Origin: Thermodesulfobacteriota bacterium
GTDB lineage: Bacteria; Desulfobacterota; Binatia; Bin18
Assembly (NCBI GenBank): GCA_964291405.2
Contig: OZ219926.1
Coordinates: forward strand, 1,824,001 to 1,888,000
Direction of reading: 5' to 3'
Length of the DNA stretch: 64,000 bases
Below are positions 9,189 to 18,805 of the stretch, one piece after another (position 1 is the stretch's first letter; every line of letters begins with the position of its first letter). Both the position numbers and the translations under genes were made by a program. The notes below the pieces were generated by a model. The model was not told the origin of the DNA. It did no database searches and saw only the letters and a program-made list of their open reading frames with translations.

Positions 9189-9542
9189 ATGGCAGAACTC
9201 GTTGTGTATCACAATCCTGGTTGAGGCAAGTCACGCGGAGCGCTCGATATTTTGCAGGAGCGCGGCGTCGAGTTCGACGTGATTGAATATCTCAAGAGCC
9301 CCCTCAGCCGAGGAGACTTTGAGCATTTTCTGGACCTGTTGCCGGATGAACCCGCGGAACTGGTCCGTAAGGATAAGAAATTCAAGGAACTCGGTCTGAG
9401 CGCGGACGACTATGTGACGCGCGAGGCCGTGGTCGAGGTCTTACTCCAGCATCCTGAGCTGATGCAGCGGCCGGTTATTATCAGGGATCAAAAGGCGGTC
9501 ATCGCCAGGCCATCCGAAAAGGTGCTGGAGCTGCTGGATTAG
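9189..9542 (+). CDS. arsC: ArsC/Spx-family arsenate reductase-like selenoprotein (in-frame TGA at the catalytic Cys)
   Basis: AGGAGG RBS, ATG 9189, MAELVVYHNPG-TGA(9222-9224)-GKSRGALDILQ continuing in frame into ORF 9252..9542 (HPELMQRPVI...IARP). The TGA aligns with the Cys of the ArsC HNPxCSKSR motif. Confidence 0.85.
9233..9268 (+). promoter_or_regulatory. Candidate bacterial SECIS hairpin
   Basis: Stem GCGCTC(9240-9245)/GAGCGC(9258-9263) with lower pairing ACGC/GCGT, starting 9 nt after the UGA. Confidence 0.5.
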
Positions 9543-9547
9543 CGAAG

Positions 9548-9578
9548 GGTCGGATTACGCTACGCTAATCCGACCTAC
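9548..9578 (-). repeat. GTAG-type REP palindrome between convergent arsC and miaB
   Basis: Minus strand GTAGGTCGGATTAGCGTAGCGTAATCCGACC; overlaps the miaB stop codon. Confidence 0.7.
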
Positions 9579-10894
9579 AGATCATCCGCACGCGCAGGTA
9601 CGCCCACTAGAGTATGGGCATTGGCGGAGGTCACCCGGACCGGCACCAACTCGCCGGGCCGGGCTCCGTTGCCGGGGAAGACTACTGTTTTGAACTGCGG
9701 GTCCTTCCCCGCGAGCCAATCTTTTTGCTTCTTGGCCGGCCCTTCAACCAGGACCTCCACGGACTGACCCACCCGTTGTCGGTTGATCTCTCCCCCAATG
9801 CCTTCCTGCAGGCGGATAATCTCCTGTAAACGCTGTCCCTTTTCCTGTTCCGAAAGGGTCTCGCCCCACTTATAGGCCCGTGTCCCCTCGCGGGCCGAGT
9901 ACTTGAACATAAAGGCGAAATCGTAGCGGACCTCCGCCATAAAGTCGTAGGTGGCACGAAAATCGTCTTCCTCTTCGCCCGGAAAGCCGACAATAATATC
10001 CGTCGACAAGGCCAGGTGGGGGATGGCTGCGCGCAGCCGGTCCACAAGCGCGGCATATTCTTCGATCGAGTAGCCCCGTTCCATACGCTCCAGGACCCGA
10101 TTCGAGGCGGCCTGGAGCGGCAGGTGGAGATACGGGACGACCTTGTCACAGGTCGCCATGGCGTCAATTGCACTAGCATCCATATCGGATGGATGCGGCG
10201 AGGTAAAACGAATCCGCTCAATCCCATCGATGCACGCGGTCTGGCGCAGGAGGCGGCCAAAATCGACCTCGCCATCCCGGTAGGCGTTGACGGTCTGGCC
10301 CAGATAGACGACTTCTTTATACCCTTGGTCGGCAAGCGCTCGGACTTGGTCTAATAATGCCGACGCGGGCACACTGCGTTCCCGTCCGCGGACGTAGGGC
10401 ACGATGCAGAATGTGCAGAACTTGTCGCAGCCCCGCATGATGGTCACCCACGCTCGCACCCCTTCCCCGCGCGCGGGCGCAATATCGGCATAGGTTTCAT
10501 CCCGGTCGAGACGGACGGACACCAGCGGTTCCTCAGCACTCTCCTGCGCCAGCAAGGCCGGCAGGTTACGATAGGCATCCGGTCCTAGCACCAGATCAAG
10601 AAAGGGGGCTTTATCGAGCAGGGCATCCCGATGGTGCTGGGCCATGCAGCCGGTGAGCCCCAGGACGACACTTGGATTCCGGGCTTTATACTGCACCAGA
10701 TCGCCCAGTCGCCCGATGATGCGTTCTTCCGCGTGCTCCCGAATCGCACAGGTATTCAGCAGGATGACATCGGCGCCCTCCGGCGTAGGCGTGGATTCGT
10801 ATCCCTGCGGTTTCAGCACGCCCAGGATGAGCTCGGTGTCAGCGATATTCATCTGACAGCCGTAGGTTTCAATATAGACGGTCCGTAGTTCCAT
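9575..10894 (-). CDS. miaB: tRNA-2-methylthio-N6-dimethylallyladenosine synthase MiaB
   Basis: ETYGCQMN, NTCAIRE, GCMAQ, radical SAM GCDKFCTFCIVPYVRG and C-terminal TRAM domain. Alternative start 10930. Confidence 0.95.
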   Translation of the reverse strand: MELRTVYIETYGCQMNIADTELILGVLKPQGYESTPTPEGADVILLNTCAIREHAEERIIGRLGDLVQYKARNPSVVLGLTGCMAQHHRDALLDKAPFLDLVLGPDAYRNLPALLAQESAEEPLVSVRLDRDETYADIAPARGEGVRAWVTIMRGCDKFCTFCIVPYVRGRERSVPASALLDQVRALADQGYKEVVYLGQTVNAYRDGEVDFGRLLRQTACIDGIERIRFTSPHPSDMDASAIDAMATCDKVVPYLHLPLQAASNRVLERMERGYSIEEYAALVDRLRAAIPHLALSTDIIVGFPGEEEDDFRATYDFMAEVRYDFAFMFKYSAREGTRAYKWGETLSEQEKGQRLQEIIRLQEGIGGEINRQRVGQSVEVLVEGPAKKQKDWLAGKDPQFKTVVFPGNGARPGELVPVRVTSANAHTLVGVPARADDL

Positions 10895-11015
10895 AGCGTC
10901 CCTGGCAGGGAATTTTTGTAGCCGTTCCATGACCGCAAAGCAACGGCTATAGTGGATGGCCGCCGGTAGACTGTCACGGTGCGGTTTTTATGTAAAAGCA
11001 AATATCTGGAGATGT

Positions 11016-11930
11016 ATGGCCGCACGCATTATCTCACTCCTGCCCAGCAGTACGGAAATTGTCTGCGCGCTGGGTCTGCGCGAGCACCTCGTCGGCGTCT
11101 CTCACGAGTGTGACTATCCCTCGGACGTTATCGGGCTTCCCATCTTGACCGAACCCAAACTTGATCCCCGCGGAACCAGCGGTGACATCGATACCCGAGT
11201 CCGTGAGATTGTGCAGGAGGGGTTGAGCGTCTACCGTCTGCAAACCGAGGCATTACAAAGGTTGAAGCCGGACCTCATCGTGACCCAGGACCAGTGTGAG
11301 GTGTGTGCCGTTTCCCTGCCCGAGGTTGAAGACGCCGTGCAGTGTTTTCTGACTCCGGACGTGACCGTCGTATCGCTCAGACCGGAGAAACTCGACGATA
11401 TCTGGACGGATATCCGTCGGGTCGCCCAGGCCACCGATCAGGAAAAAGCCGCGTACGTACTGATCCAGGACGCAAAAGAACGTCTCTGGAACATCGCCCA
11501 AAAGACTCGGCATTTACCCCGTCCGCGGGTGGCCTGCCTGGAATGGCTCGACCCCCTCATGGCGGCGGGCAACTGGATTCCGGAACTGGTGGATATTGCG
11601 AGCGGGGAATATGGCCTGGTTGAGGCCGGCGCGCATACACCAACGCTGACCTGGGAGGCCCTGGTCGCCTACCAACCGGAGGTCATCGTTATCACCCCGT
11701 GCGGATTCAAAATCCCACAGTCGCAGGCAGACCTGCCACAACTGACGGCGCATCCAGACTGGCAAGCCCTCCCGGCCGTGCAACAGAACCGGGTATATGT
11801 GGCAGACGGCAATGCCTATTATAACCGGCCCGGTCCGCGCATTGTGGAGAGTACGGAAATCCTCGCCGAGATGCTGCATCCGGAAGCATGCGCCGGCATG
11901 GCGGTGCCGGGCTCCTATATTCAGGTCTGA
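11016..11930 (+). CDS. BtuF-like (cobalamin/iron) solute-binding-fold protein
   Basis: RIISLLPSSTEIVCALG, VGVSHECDYP, TQDQCEVCAV, DGNAYYNRPGPR. No signal peptide from ATG 11016. Confidence 0.8.
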   Translation: MAARIISLLPSSTEIVCALGLREHLVGVSHECDYPSDVIGLPILTEPKLDPRGTSGDIDTRVREIVQEGLSVYRLQTEALQRLKPDLIVTQDQCEVCAVSLPEVEDAVQCFLTPDVTVVSLRPEKLDDIWTDIRRVAQATDQEKAAYVLIQDAKERLWNIAQKTRHLPRPRVACLEWLDPLMAAGNWIPELVDIASGEYGLVEAGAHTPTLTWEALVAYQPEVIVITPCGFKIPQSQADLPQLTAHPDWQALPAVQQNRVYVADGNAYYNRPGPRIVESTEILAEMLHPEACAGMAVPGSYIQV

Positions 11931-11980
11931 GCGATTCTGACAGTCGTCAGGGAAGGACGTGTCCTTGCGCGGTGTTCCTC

Positions 11981-12322
11981 TCACTCGCTGGGATCAAGAA
12001 TCTCAATCTTTCCATCTCGGAAATCCCGACCTCGTTCTTTTACCATGTGGGGATAGCTGTGGTAGAACTGCCCGCCGAGACGCAGGAAGGACTCCACTTC
12101 GGTCTCTTCAAGATCGAGGTCTTCAATGGCGCTAACCGCGTCCGCCTGGCTGGAGGCGTTGACTAAGACGTCAAAAATCAGTTGGCTTTCCGCGGTCTGG
12201 AAATCCTCGCGGCTCGGCAGCTCGTCACGGTTCTGCATACTCTCCGGATGGTTATCCAGAAGATAGCGGAGCGCCTTGAGTTCATGTCGCTGTTGATCCA
12301 GCTTTCTTATTTTTTCAGGCAT
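11981..12322 (-). CDS. Hypothetical acidic protein (113 aa)
   Basis: ORF fills the gap and has a GGAG RBS. Weak resemblance (EDFQTAESQLIFDVL) to DnaB N-terminal-type helical domains. Confidence 0.6.
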   Translation of the reverse strand: MPEKIRKLDQQRHELKALRYLLDNHPESMQNRDELPSREDFQTAESQLIFDVLVNASSQADAVSAIEDLDLEETEVESFLRLGGQFYHSYPHMVKERGRDFRDGKIEILDPSE

Positions 12323-12341
12323 GGATAGTCTCCTCTGTCAT

Positions 12342-12370
12342 GTAGGGGCGGGTTTCAAACCCGCCCCTAC
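12342..12370 (+). repeat. GTAG-type REP palindrome
   Basis: GTAGGGGCGGGTTTCAAACCCGCCCCTAC inverted repeat in a divergent spacer. Confidence 0.75.
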
Positions 12371-12390
12371 CTAGTATATACACAGGAGCT

Positions 12391-12909
12391 ATGGCTGTGA
12401 CAGAGCATAAAGGCAAAGCCCACCGCACGGTCAGGTGCGCCGTAATTACCCTGAGCGACACCCGGACCGAAGAGACGGATACGAGCGGTAAACGCATCAA
12501 AGACCTCCTGGCTGAGCAGGGTCAGCCTGTTGTCTCGTATCGTATTCTCAAGGACGAACCGGAGCAGATCACGGCGGTCGTGCAGGCTCTCCTGGCCCAG
12601 CCGGAGGTTGACGCGATTATCACCAACGGCGGAACCGGTATTGCGCCGCGCGACACGACGTTCGAGGCGATCCAAGGCCTGCTCGAAAAAGAAATCACCG
12701 GTTTTGGCGAGATGTTCCGCATGCTGAGCTACGCAGACATTGGCGCTGCGGCTATGCTGACCCGCGCCACCGCAGGGGTCGCGAACGGGAAAGTCATTAT
12801 TTCTTTGCCCGGTTCAACCGGGGCGGTCGAGCTGGGCATGACCAAACTGGTCTTGCCGGAACTCGGCCATATGATGTTCCTGCTCCGGGGAGAACGCCAT
12901 GCACATTAA
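12391..12909 (+). CDS. moaB: Molybdopterin adenylyltransferase MoaB/MogA family
   Basis: VITLSDTR...DTSG, TNGGTGIAPRDTT, GFGEMFR, SLPGS. Confidence 0.92.
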   Translation: MAVTEHKGKAHRTVRCAVITLSDTRTEETDTSGKRIKDLLAEQGQPVVSYRILKDEPEQITAVVQALLAQPEVDAIITNGGTGIAPRDTTFEAIQGLLEKEITGFGEMFRMLSYADIGAAAMLTRATAGVANGKVIISLPGSTGAVELGMTKLVLPELGHMMFLLRGERHAH

Positions 12910-13615
12910 GTTACGCTTTTTTGCCTCGCTCCGAGAGCGACTCGGCCGCAGTGAAGGCAGTTGTGAAGTACCGGAAGGCGCAACGGTCAGGACGGTTTGG
13001 GAGACGCTCAAACAAGAGCATCCGGCCCTCGTCGAGGTTGAGCGTTCGCTCGCCTTTGCCGTCGCCCAAGAATACGTTGACGGAGATCACCCCCTGCACG
13101 ATAACGATGAGCTGGCCTTTATCCCGCCAGTGAGTGGCGGCGTTCTGATGGACAGTCGTCTGTCCTGTCGGATTACCCAGGATCCGATTCGCCTGGACGA
13201 GTTGACCGCCTTTGTGGCCGACCCCGGCGCGGGCGCCATGGCAACATTTGTCGGCACGACCCGAGACACCAATGAGGGCCGGCGAGTCATTCGGCTGGAA
13301 TACGAGTGTTATCCCGGTATGGCGGAAAAAGAGATGGAAAAGATCAGCCAAGAGGTCCTGGAGCGCTGGCCAGTGAAAAAAATCGCCATGCTACATCGGC
13401 TCGGTCGGGTCGATATTGGAGAGGCCAGTGTGGCCATAGCCGTATCGTCCAGTCACCGCCACGCCGCGTTTGAGGCGTGTCATTACGCGATCAATCAGCT
13501 CAAAGAAACGGTCCCGATCTGGAAGAAAGAACTGTACGAAGGAGGCGAAGTGTGGATAGGCTCACAGACGGGGAAAAACGGCACCCTCCACCCGAGCGGA
13601 AGCACCGAGCAGTGA
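12899..13615 (+). CDS. moaD/moaE: Fused molybdopterin synthase MoaD-MoaE
   Basis: MoaD ends at FIPPVSGG with no stop, followed by MoaE (GAMATFVGTTR, LEYECY, HRLG, LKETVPIWKKE). Confidence 0.92.
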   Translation: MHIKLRFFASLRERLGRSEGSCEVPEGATVRTVWETLKQEHPALVEVERSLAFAVAQEYVDGDHPLHDNDELAFIPPVSGGVLMDSRLSCRITQDPIRLDELTAFVADPGAGAMATFVGTTRDTNEGRRVIRLEYECYPGMAEKEMEKISQEVLERWPVKKIAMLHRLGRVDIGEASVAIAVSSSHRHAAFEACHYAINQLKETVPIWKKELYEGGEVWIGSQTGKNGTLHPSGSTEQ

Positions 13616-13645
13616 TGCATCGCAGCAGAACTGGACGCTAGGCGT

Positions 13646-14503
13646 ATGGCAACAGACATTCGGACGGTTGGGATTGTCGGCACGGGACAAATGGGGAGTG
13701 GAATCGGTCAGGTTGCTGCGCAGGCGGGTATGGCGGTGGTCCTCTACGACGTCAACCAGGAGATCGTTGACCGCGCGCTGGGAAACATCCAGAAGGGACT
13801 CGTGCGCCTGACGGACCGGAGCAAGTTGTCGCCTGATGAGCGAGACGCCATTCTCGGCCGTCTGCGTGGCACAGCCGTCCTCGAAGACCTGAGTGGTGCC
13901 GACGTCATTATCGAGGCCGCCCCGGAAGACTCGGCCATCAAGGAGGATATCTTTCGGAAGCTCGACCATATCGCCCGGCCAGAGGTCATCTTGGCCAGCA
14001 ATACCTCGTCCATCTCGCTGACCCAGCTCGGGGCGGTTACCAACCGGCCGGAAAAAGTCATTGGTATGCACTTCATGAACCCGCCGGTCGTCATGCAGCT
14101 GGTCGAGATTGTGCGCGGCCTGGCCACCGCTGACGAAACCTATACGACCATTGATGGGTTGGCCAAGAAAATGGGCAAAACCACGATTCAGGCCAAGGAC
14201 TATGCCGGTTTTGTGGTCAACCGCATCCTGTTGCCCATGATCAACGAAGCGATCTATGCCTTATACGAAGGGGTGGGCGGCGTGGAGGATATTGACCAGG
14301 GGATGAAGCTCGGCACCAACCAGCCCATGGGCCCACTCGCCCTGGCCGACCTTATCGGACTGGACACCTGCCTGGCGGTCCTGGAACGCCTGCACCACGG
14401 CCTGGGTGACGACAAATACCGCCCTTGCCCGCTGCTGCGCAACTATGTTGCGGCGCATTACTTGGGGAAAAAAACGGGCAAGGGTTTCTACGAATATAGA
14501 TAG
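13646..14503 (+). CDS. hbd: 3-hydroxybutyryl-CoA dehydrogenase
   Basis: GTGQMGSGI, LASNTSSIS, GMHFMNP, PMGPLALADLIGLD, GKKTGKGFY. Confidence 0.92.
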   Translation: MATDIRTVGIVGTGQMGSGIGQVAAQAGMAVVLYDVNQEIVDRALGNIQKGLVRLTDRSKLSPDERDAILGRLRGTAVLEDLSGADVIIEAAPEDSAIKEDIFRKLDHIARPEVILASNTSSISLTQLGAVTNRPEKVIGMHFMNPPVVMQLVEIVRGLATADETYTTIDGLAKKMGKTTIQAKDYAGFVVNRILLPMINEAIYALYEGVGGVEDIDQGMKLGTNQPMGPLALADLIGLDTCLAVLERLHHGLGDDKYRPCPLLRNYVAAHYLGKKTGKGFYEYR

Positions 14504-14516
14504 GGGTTCGGGATTC

Positions 14517-15674
14517 TTACAAGGCGGCAGCCGCCTCTTTGCACGCGTCAATATACTCCGTCTCCGCTTGGGCACAGGACTGGGCTCGTTGTTGGTTGTC
14601 CGGATATAACGACAAGAGGACCTCGCCGGTCGCGGCGTAACACGCTTCTTTTGAAGCGTCATCAAGTCGACGGCAAAATGCCAGTCCACGCTGCGGGTCG
14701 GCATGGGTCAGAATAAAATCCTTCACCGCGCCAACAAGACACGCGGTAGCCTGTTCCGGACTGCCTTGCTGACACAGGCTCATGGTCTTCTCGGCATTAC
14801 GCAGGGTGAAACCGCTCACATCGCGACCCAGACTTTCATAACAGACGGACACAAACGCTGCCGGCGCACCGCTACACACCTGAAAAGCCTTTGCGAAATC
14901 GTGCTGCGAAAAAGTCAGGATGGCTGAGGATTGCATCCGGTAACAGGCCCGTTGGTAAGGCTCACCCACCGCGGTACAGGGATACAGGGGGTCTTCTGGC
15001 CGGAGCAAGCTTCTTGGACGGTCGGCGTGGCTCTGATGTCCCTCCTGATGCGTGTGATGAGGCTGAAGGAAGGCCACGACATTCTCCATAAAGACGCCGC
15101 TGTAGCACGACTCGCGCTCCCAGGGCGAGGCTAAGGCATCGCAGCCTTCAAGCGCGGTGGGGAGTTGGTAATCAAAGTATAAGGTGAGGCCGTGCCCCAG
15201 GCCATGCAGACATTGGTACTGCAAGAACGTGGACTGCCATGCATCAATCTCCCTGGTACACACCGCCGCGATGGTGTCGGCCCGTACCTCGGGCAGACTA
15301 CGCAGATAGCTTTCCAGCACGCCGTGGTAACAGCCCGACCAGAATGTCTCCCGGCAGTGAGCAAATGCCTCGGCCACATCCTTATAGTATGCAAATGATG
15401 CCCGGCCGAGGTGATGGGTGTAGGGATGCGCATCACGCAGCACATCGGGGTCCTGCTGTGTCAGCGTGTCCAGAGTGGCCAGCGCGTGTTCGGTGCCCTG
15501 GGTCTGCAGTATTTTTTCCAGCCCGGTATGGTAACACTGCCGCTTTTGGGGCTGGTGTTGATGCCCACCGCACTGCCCCCAGAGTTGCTCTGCCTCATTT
15601 TCCTGAGCAAAGCTCGGCACCGTCAAGACACCGACAATCCCAGCGAGTAGGATGCTTGATAGGATATGCCCCAT
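14517..15674 (-). CDS. Exported Cys/His-rich repeat protein of unknown function
   Basis: Signal peptide ending SFA. Repeated Cys-pair units (GCYHGVLE, CLHGLGHG, CYSGVFME, CYESLG) and a His-rich loop. Confidence 0.75.
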   Translation of the reverse strand: MGHILSSILLAGIVGVLTVPSFAQENEAEQLWGQCGGHQHQPQKRQCYHTGLEKILQTQGTEHALATLDTLTQQDPDVLRDAHPYTHHLGRASFAYYKDVAEAFAHCRETFWSGCYHGVLESYLRSLPEVRADTIAAVCTREIDAWQSTFLQYQCLHGLGHGLTLYFDYQLPTALEGCDALASPWERESCYSGVFMENVVAFLQPHHTHQEGHQSHADRPRSLLRPEDPLYPCTAVGEPYQRACYRMQSSAILTFSQHDFAKAFQVCSGAPAAFVSVCYESLGRDVSGFTLRNAEKTMSLCQQGSPEQATACLVGAVKDFILTHADPQRGLAFCRRLDDASKEACYAATGEVLLSLYPDNQQRAQSCAQAETEYIDACKEAAAAL

Positions 15675-15689
15675 GGTCTTCTCCTTGTA

Positions 15690-16709
15690 TCAGGTCCGAT
15701 ATTGAACAACCTCAAGCAGAGCGGAGAGCTTGCGGACCACACTCCAGGGCGCGGGTTGCTGATTCCATGCCGTGCGTACACCCTCAACGCCTCCCAGGGC
15801 GGCTAAGCCGCGTTGCCCGACCTCGTAGACTATTTCTCCAATCCCCCACTCCAGGTGTTGGGCAGCACGTTTTCTTTCAAGACTAGCGGTCGCTTGCAGA
15901 TGCCGCCAGTGCGCACGGAGGGCCTGGTTGAGAGTGTCCATATTCAGATTGGTTGCCGCGCTGACGGCCAGCACCGGACTGTCCCAGACTTCAGACTCAG
16001 GAGGGGCTGGCCGTCGTGCCAGGGCGAGCGCCGCCTGCGTATCAGACAGCGCCTTTTGCGCCAGCGTCTGATTATCCGCCTTGTTCACTGCCAAAATGTC
16101 CGGGATCTCCATCACCCCGGCTTTGATAAACTGAAGCAGGTCGCCGGAAAATGGCTGGACGACCAGGACAGTCGTATCGGCAAGGGCAGCAATATCGGTC
16201 TCGCTTTGGCCCACCCCAACCGTTTCAACCAGGATGACATCGCAACAATGCCGCAGTAGAAACACCGCCGAAAACGCCTCTCGACTCAGGCCGCCCAAAC
16301 GATCCCGCGCCGCGTAACTGCGGGCATAGACCTGAGCGGGCAATTGCATCCGGCCACGGTCGCCCAACAGAGCTCCGCCCGACACTTTACTAGACGGATC
16401 GACTGCAATAATGGCGACCCGGAGGCCATCTTGTACCTGCGGCTCAATCAGCCGCGAAATCAGCGAGCTTTTACCCACACCGGGCGGGCCGGTCAAGCCG
16501 ACGACCTGGGCCGATGCGGGTCGCGCCGAGAGGGTATCCAGGAGCGTGAGCGCTTGAGCTTGACGGTTTGGACGCCGATCTTCGAGAAGGTTGAGCGCAC
16601 GCGCAATAGCCTGACGATTAAAATCAACCAGAGCGGCAACAGTGCTGTGGGATGACTGTGTCACAAACAGAGGCGCCGGACAAAAGGCGCGGGGCAGCTC
16701 GGGCCGCAC
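15690..16709 (-). CDS. meaB: MeaB/ArgK G-protein chaperone of B12-dependent mutases
   Basis: GPPGVGKS, AVDPSS, LGDRGRM, ETVGVGQSE, VNKAD. Directly follows ecm; start may be GTG 16664. Confidence 0.9.
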   Translation of the reverse strand: MRPELPRAFCPAPLFVTQSSHSTVAALVDFNRQAIARALNLLEDRRPNRQAQALTLLDTLSARPASAQVVGLTGPPGVGKSSLISRLIEPQVQDGLRVAIIAVDPSSKVSGGALLGDRGRMQLPAQVYARSYAARDRLGGLSREAFSAVFLLRHCCDVILVETVGVGQSETDIAALADTTVLVVQPFSGDLLQFIKAGVMEIPDILAVNKADNQTLAQKALSDTQAALALARRPAPPESEVWDSPVLAVSAATNLNMDTLNQALRAHWRHLQATASLERKRAAQHLEWGIGEIVYEVGQRGLAALGGVEGVRTAWNQQPAPWSVVRKLSALLEVVQYRT

Positions 16710-16745
16710 CTAGGGATGTGTTCAATACCCTGGCTGAGCCGACCG

Positions 16746-18731
16746 TTATGCGGCCGCCTCAGCCACCTCGACCATGTCAGACAGAATGCGCAGCATTTCA
16801 AAATCCTTCGGGGTGTATACCCGCGCAACGCCGGCCTGCCGTAAATCTTCCGCGTCGTCCTCGGGAATAATACCGCCGACCACAACCGGAACGTCGCTGA
16901 GACCCTCCGCTCGCAGACCGGTGAGCACCTCGGGGACGAGGCGGAGGTGAGAGCCGGACAGGATACTCAGACCGACCAGATGTACGCCTTCATCACGCAC
17001 GCTGGTGACGATTTGCTCAGGTGACAGACGAATGCCCTCATACACGACTTCCATACCCGCGTCGCGACACCAGACAGCGATTTGCTCCGCACCGTTGGAG
17101 TGTCCGTCCAAGCCCGGCTTTCCGATCAGCACCTTGAGCGGCCGACCCAGCGCGGTGGCACTTTTCCGCACTCTCGCACGCAGTTCTTCAAGTGCCTGGG
17201 CAGCCGCGCCATTGACCGTACGCGCAGCCACGGCTCCACCAATACCGGTTGGTGCCCGGAATTCTCCAAAAATATCGCGCAGGGTCTGGGTCCATTCGCC
17301 CGTAGTCACACCAGCCAGCGCGCACCGTATAGAGGCCGGCATGATATTCTCGCCATTGAGGACGGCGACGCGCAGCCCGGAGAGAGCCGTTTCTACCTCT
17401 GCCTGATTGCGGGTTGCGCAAAACGCTTGCAGGCGCGCCACCTGATCCCGCTCGGCCTCTTCATCCACTTTGAGAATAGCCGACGAGTCACCTGAGTAGA
17501 GGGGAGATTCCGCGGTCTCGGTAAATTTGTTGACCCCCACAACAGTATGGTCCCTGGCAGTAATATTACGCACCCGTTCGGTATGACTCGCCACGAGTTG
17601 CTCTTTGATATAGCCCAGGGCCGAAATCACGCCGCCCAGGTCCGTCACGCGCTCGACCTCTGCCCAGGCCGCGTTTTTAATCGCGCTCGTTTTTGCCTCA
17701 ACAACCTTGCTCCCCTCAAAAATATCGCCGTACTCCAACAGATCGGTCTCAAAGGCCAGGATCTGCTGAATCCGCAGGCTCCACTGCTGGTCCCAGGGGC
17801 GCGGCAATCCCAGCGCCTCGTTCCAGGCCGGTAACTGCATGGCGCGGCAGCGCGCATCCTTGCTGAGCGTCACACCTAAAGCCTCCAAGACAATCCGGGG
17901 GATATTGTTCTCCGGCTGGGCTTCAGTCAGCCCCAGAGAATTGACCTGGACACCATACCGAAAGCGGCGCAACTTCGGATTCTCAACGCCGTAGCGTTCG
18001 CGTGTCAACTCGTCCCAGAGCTGACCAAAGGCGCGCAGTTTACACACCTCCTCAATAAAGCGGACACCGGAATTCACAAAGAAGCTGATCCGCCCGACCG
18101 CGGCGGTAAACTCGGCAGCGTCGAGCCGACCGGACGCACGCACCGTGTCGAGCACCGCAATCGCCGTGCACAGCGCGTAGGCGATCTCCTGGACGGGTGT
18201 GGCTCCGGCTTCCTGGAGATGGTAGGAGCACACATTGACCGGATTCCATTTGGGAACGTTTTTGACCGTATAGGTGATCACGTCGCTCGTCAGACGCAGG
18301 CTCGGTTCTGGTGGAAAGATATACGTGCCACGCGACAGATATTCTTTCACGATGTCGTTCTGCGTCGTGCCCTGGAGGGCTTGAGGCTCGACTCCTTGTC
18401 GCTCTGCCGCGGCAATATACAGGGCCAGCAGCCAGGCCGCAGTCCCGTTAATCGTCATGGACGTATTCGTCTGGTCGAGCGGAATATCGGCAAACAAGGT
18501 TTCCATATCGCCGATATGGCAAATCGGGACGCCGACTTTTCCAACCTCTCCACGCGCCAGGGCGTGATCGCTGTCGTAGCCGGTCTGCGTCGGCAAATCG
18601 AAGGCAACCGACAAGCCGGTCTGACCTTTACTCAGATTGAGCCGATAGAGTTCATTACTCGCTTGTGCGGTTGAGTGACCGGAATAGGTCCGCATGACCC
18701 AGGGCCGATCTTTCAGTCGGTCTGTTTCCAT
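16746..18731 (-). CDS. ecm: Ethylmalonyl-CoA mutase (MeaA/Ecm), B12-dependent
   Basis: RPWVMRTYSGHS, GLSVAFDLPTQTGYD, RFRYGVQVNSLGLTEAQPENN, ALGLPRPWDQQWSLR, GKPGLDGHSNGAEQIA. Confidence 0.93.
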   Translation of the reverse strand: METDRLKDRPWVMRTYSGHSTAQASNELYRLNLSKGQTGLSVAFDLPTQTGYDSDHALARGEVGKVGVPICHIGDMETLFADIPLDQTNTSMTINGTAAWLLALYIAAAERQGVEPQALQGTTQNDIVKEYLSRGTYIFPPEPSLRLTSDVITYTVKNVPKWNPVNVCSYHLQEAGATPVQEIAYALCTAIAVLDTVRASGRLDAAEFTAAVGRISFFVNSGVRFIEEVCKLRAFGQLWDELTRERYGVENPKLRRFRYGVQVNSLGLTEAQPENNIPRIVLEALGVTLSKDARCRAMQLPAWNEALGLPRPWDQQWSLRIQQILAFETDLLEYGDIFEGSKVVEAKTSAIKNAAWAEVERVTDLGGVISALGYIKEQLVASHTERVRNITARDHTVVGVNKFTETAESPLYSGDSSAILKVDEEAERDQVARLQAFCATRNQAEVETALSGLRVAVLNGENIMPASIRCALAGVTTGEWTQTLRDIFGEFRAPTGIGGAVAARTVNGAAAQALEELRARVRKSATALGRPLKVLIGKPGLDGHSNGAEQIAVWCRDAGMEVVYEGIRLSPEQIVTSVRDEGVHLVGLSILSGSHLRLVPEVLTGLRAEGLSDVPVVVGGIIPEDDAEDLRQAGVARVYTPKDFEMLRILSDMVEVAEAAA

Positions 18732-18805
18732 GTGTCGTCCTTAATCGTCTGCGGATTTAAGGTATGGGAAACAACTCCCCAGCCTCTAATCCCCAATCCC
18801 TATTT

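Noticed and set aside
9189-9251. arsC as a nonsense pseudogene, or starting at TTG 9252
   Set aside because: The only stop is a TGA at the catalytic Cys, with an intact RBS and a downstream hairpin, so recoding is more parsimonious.
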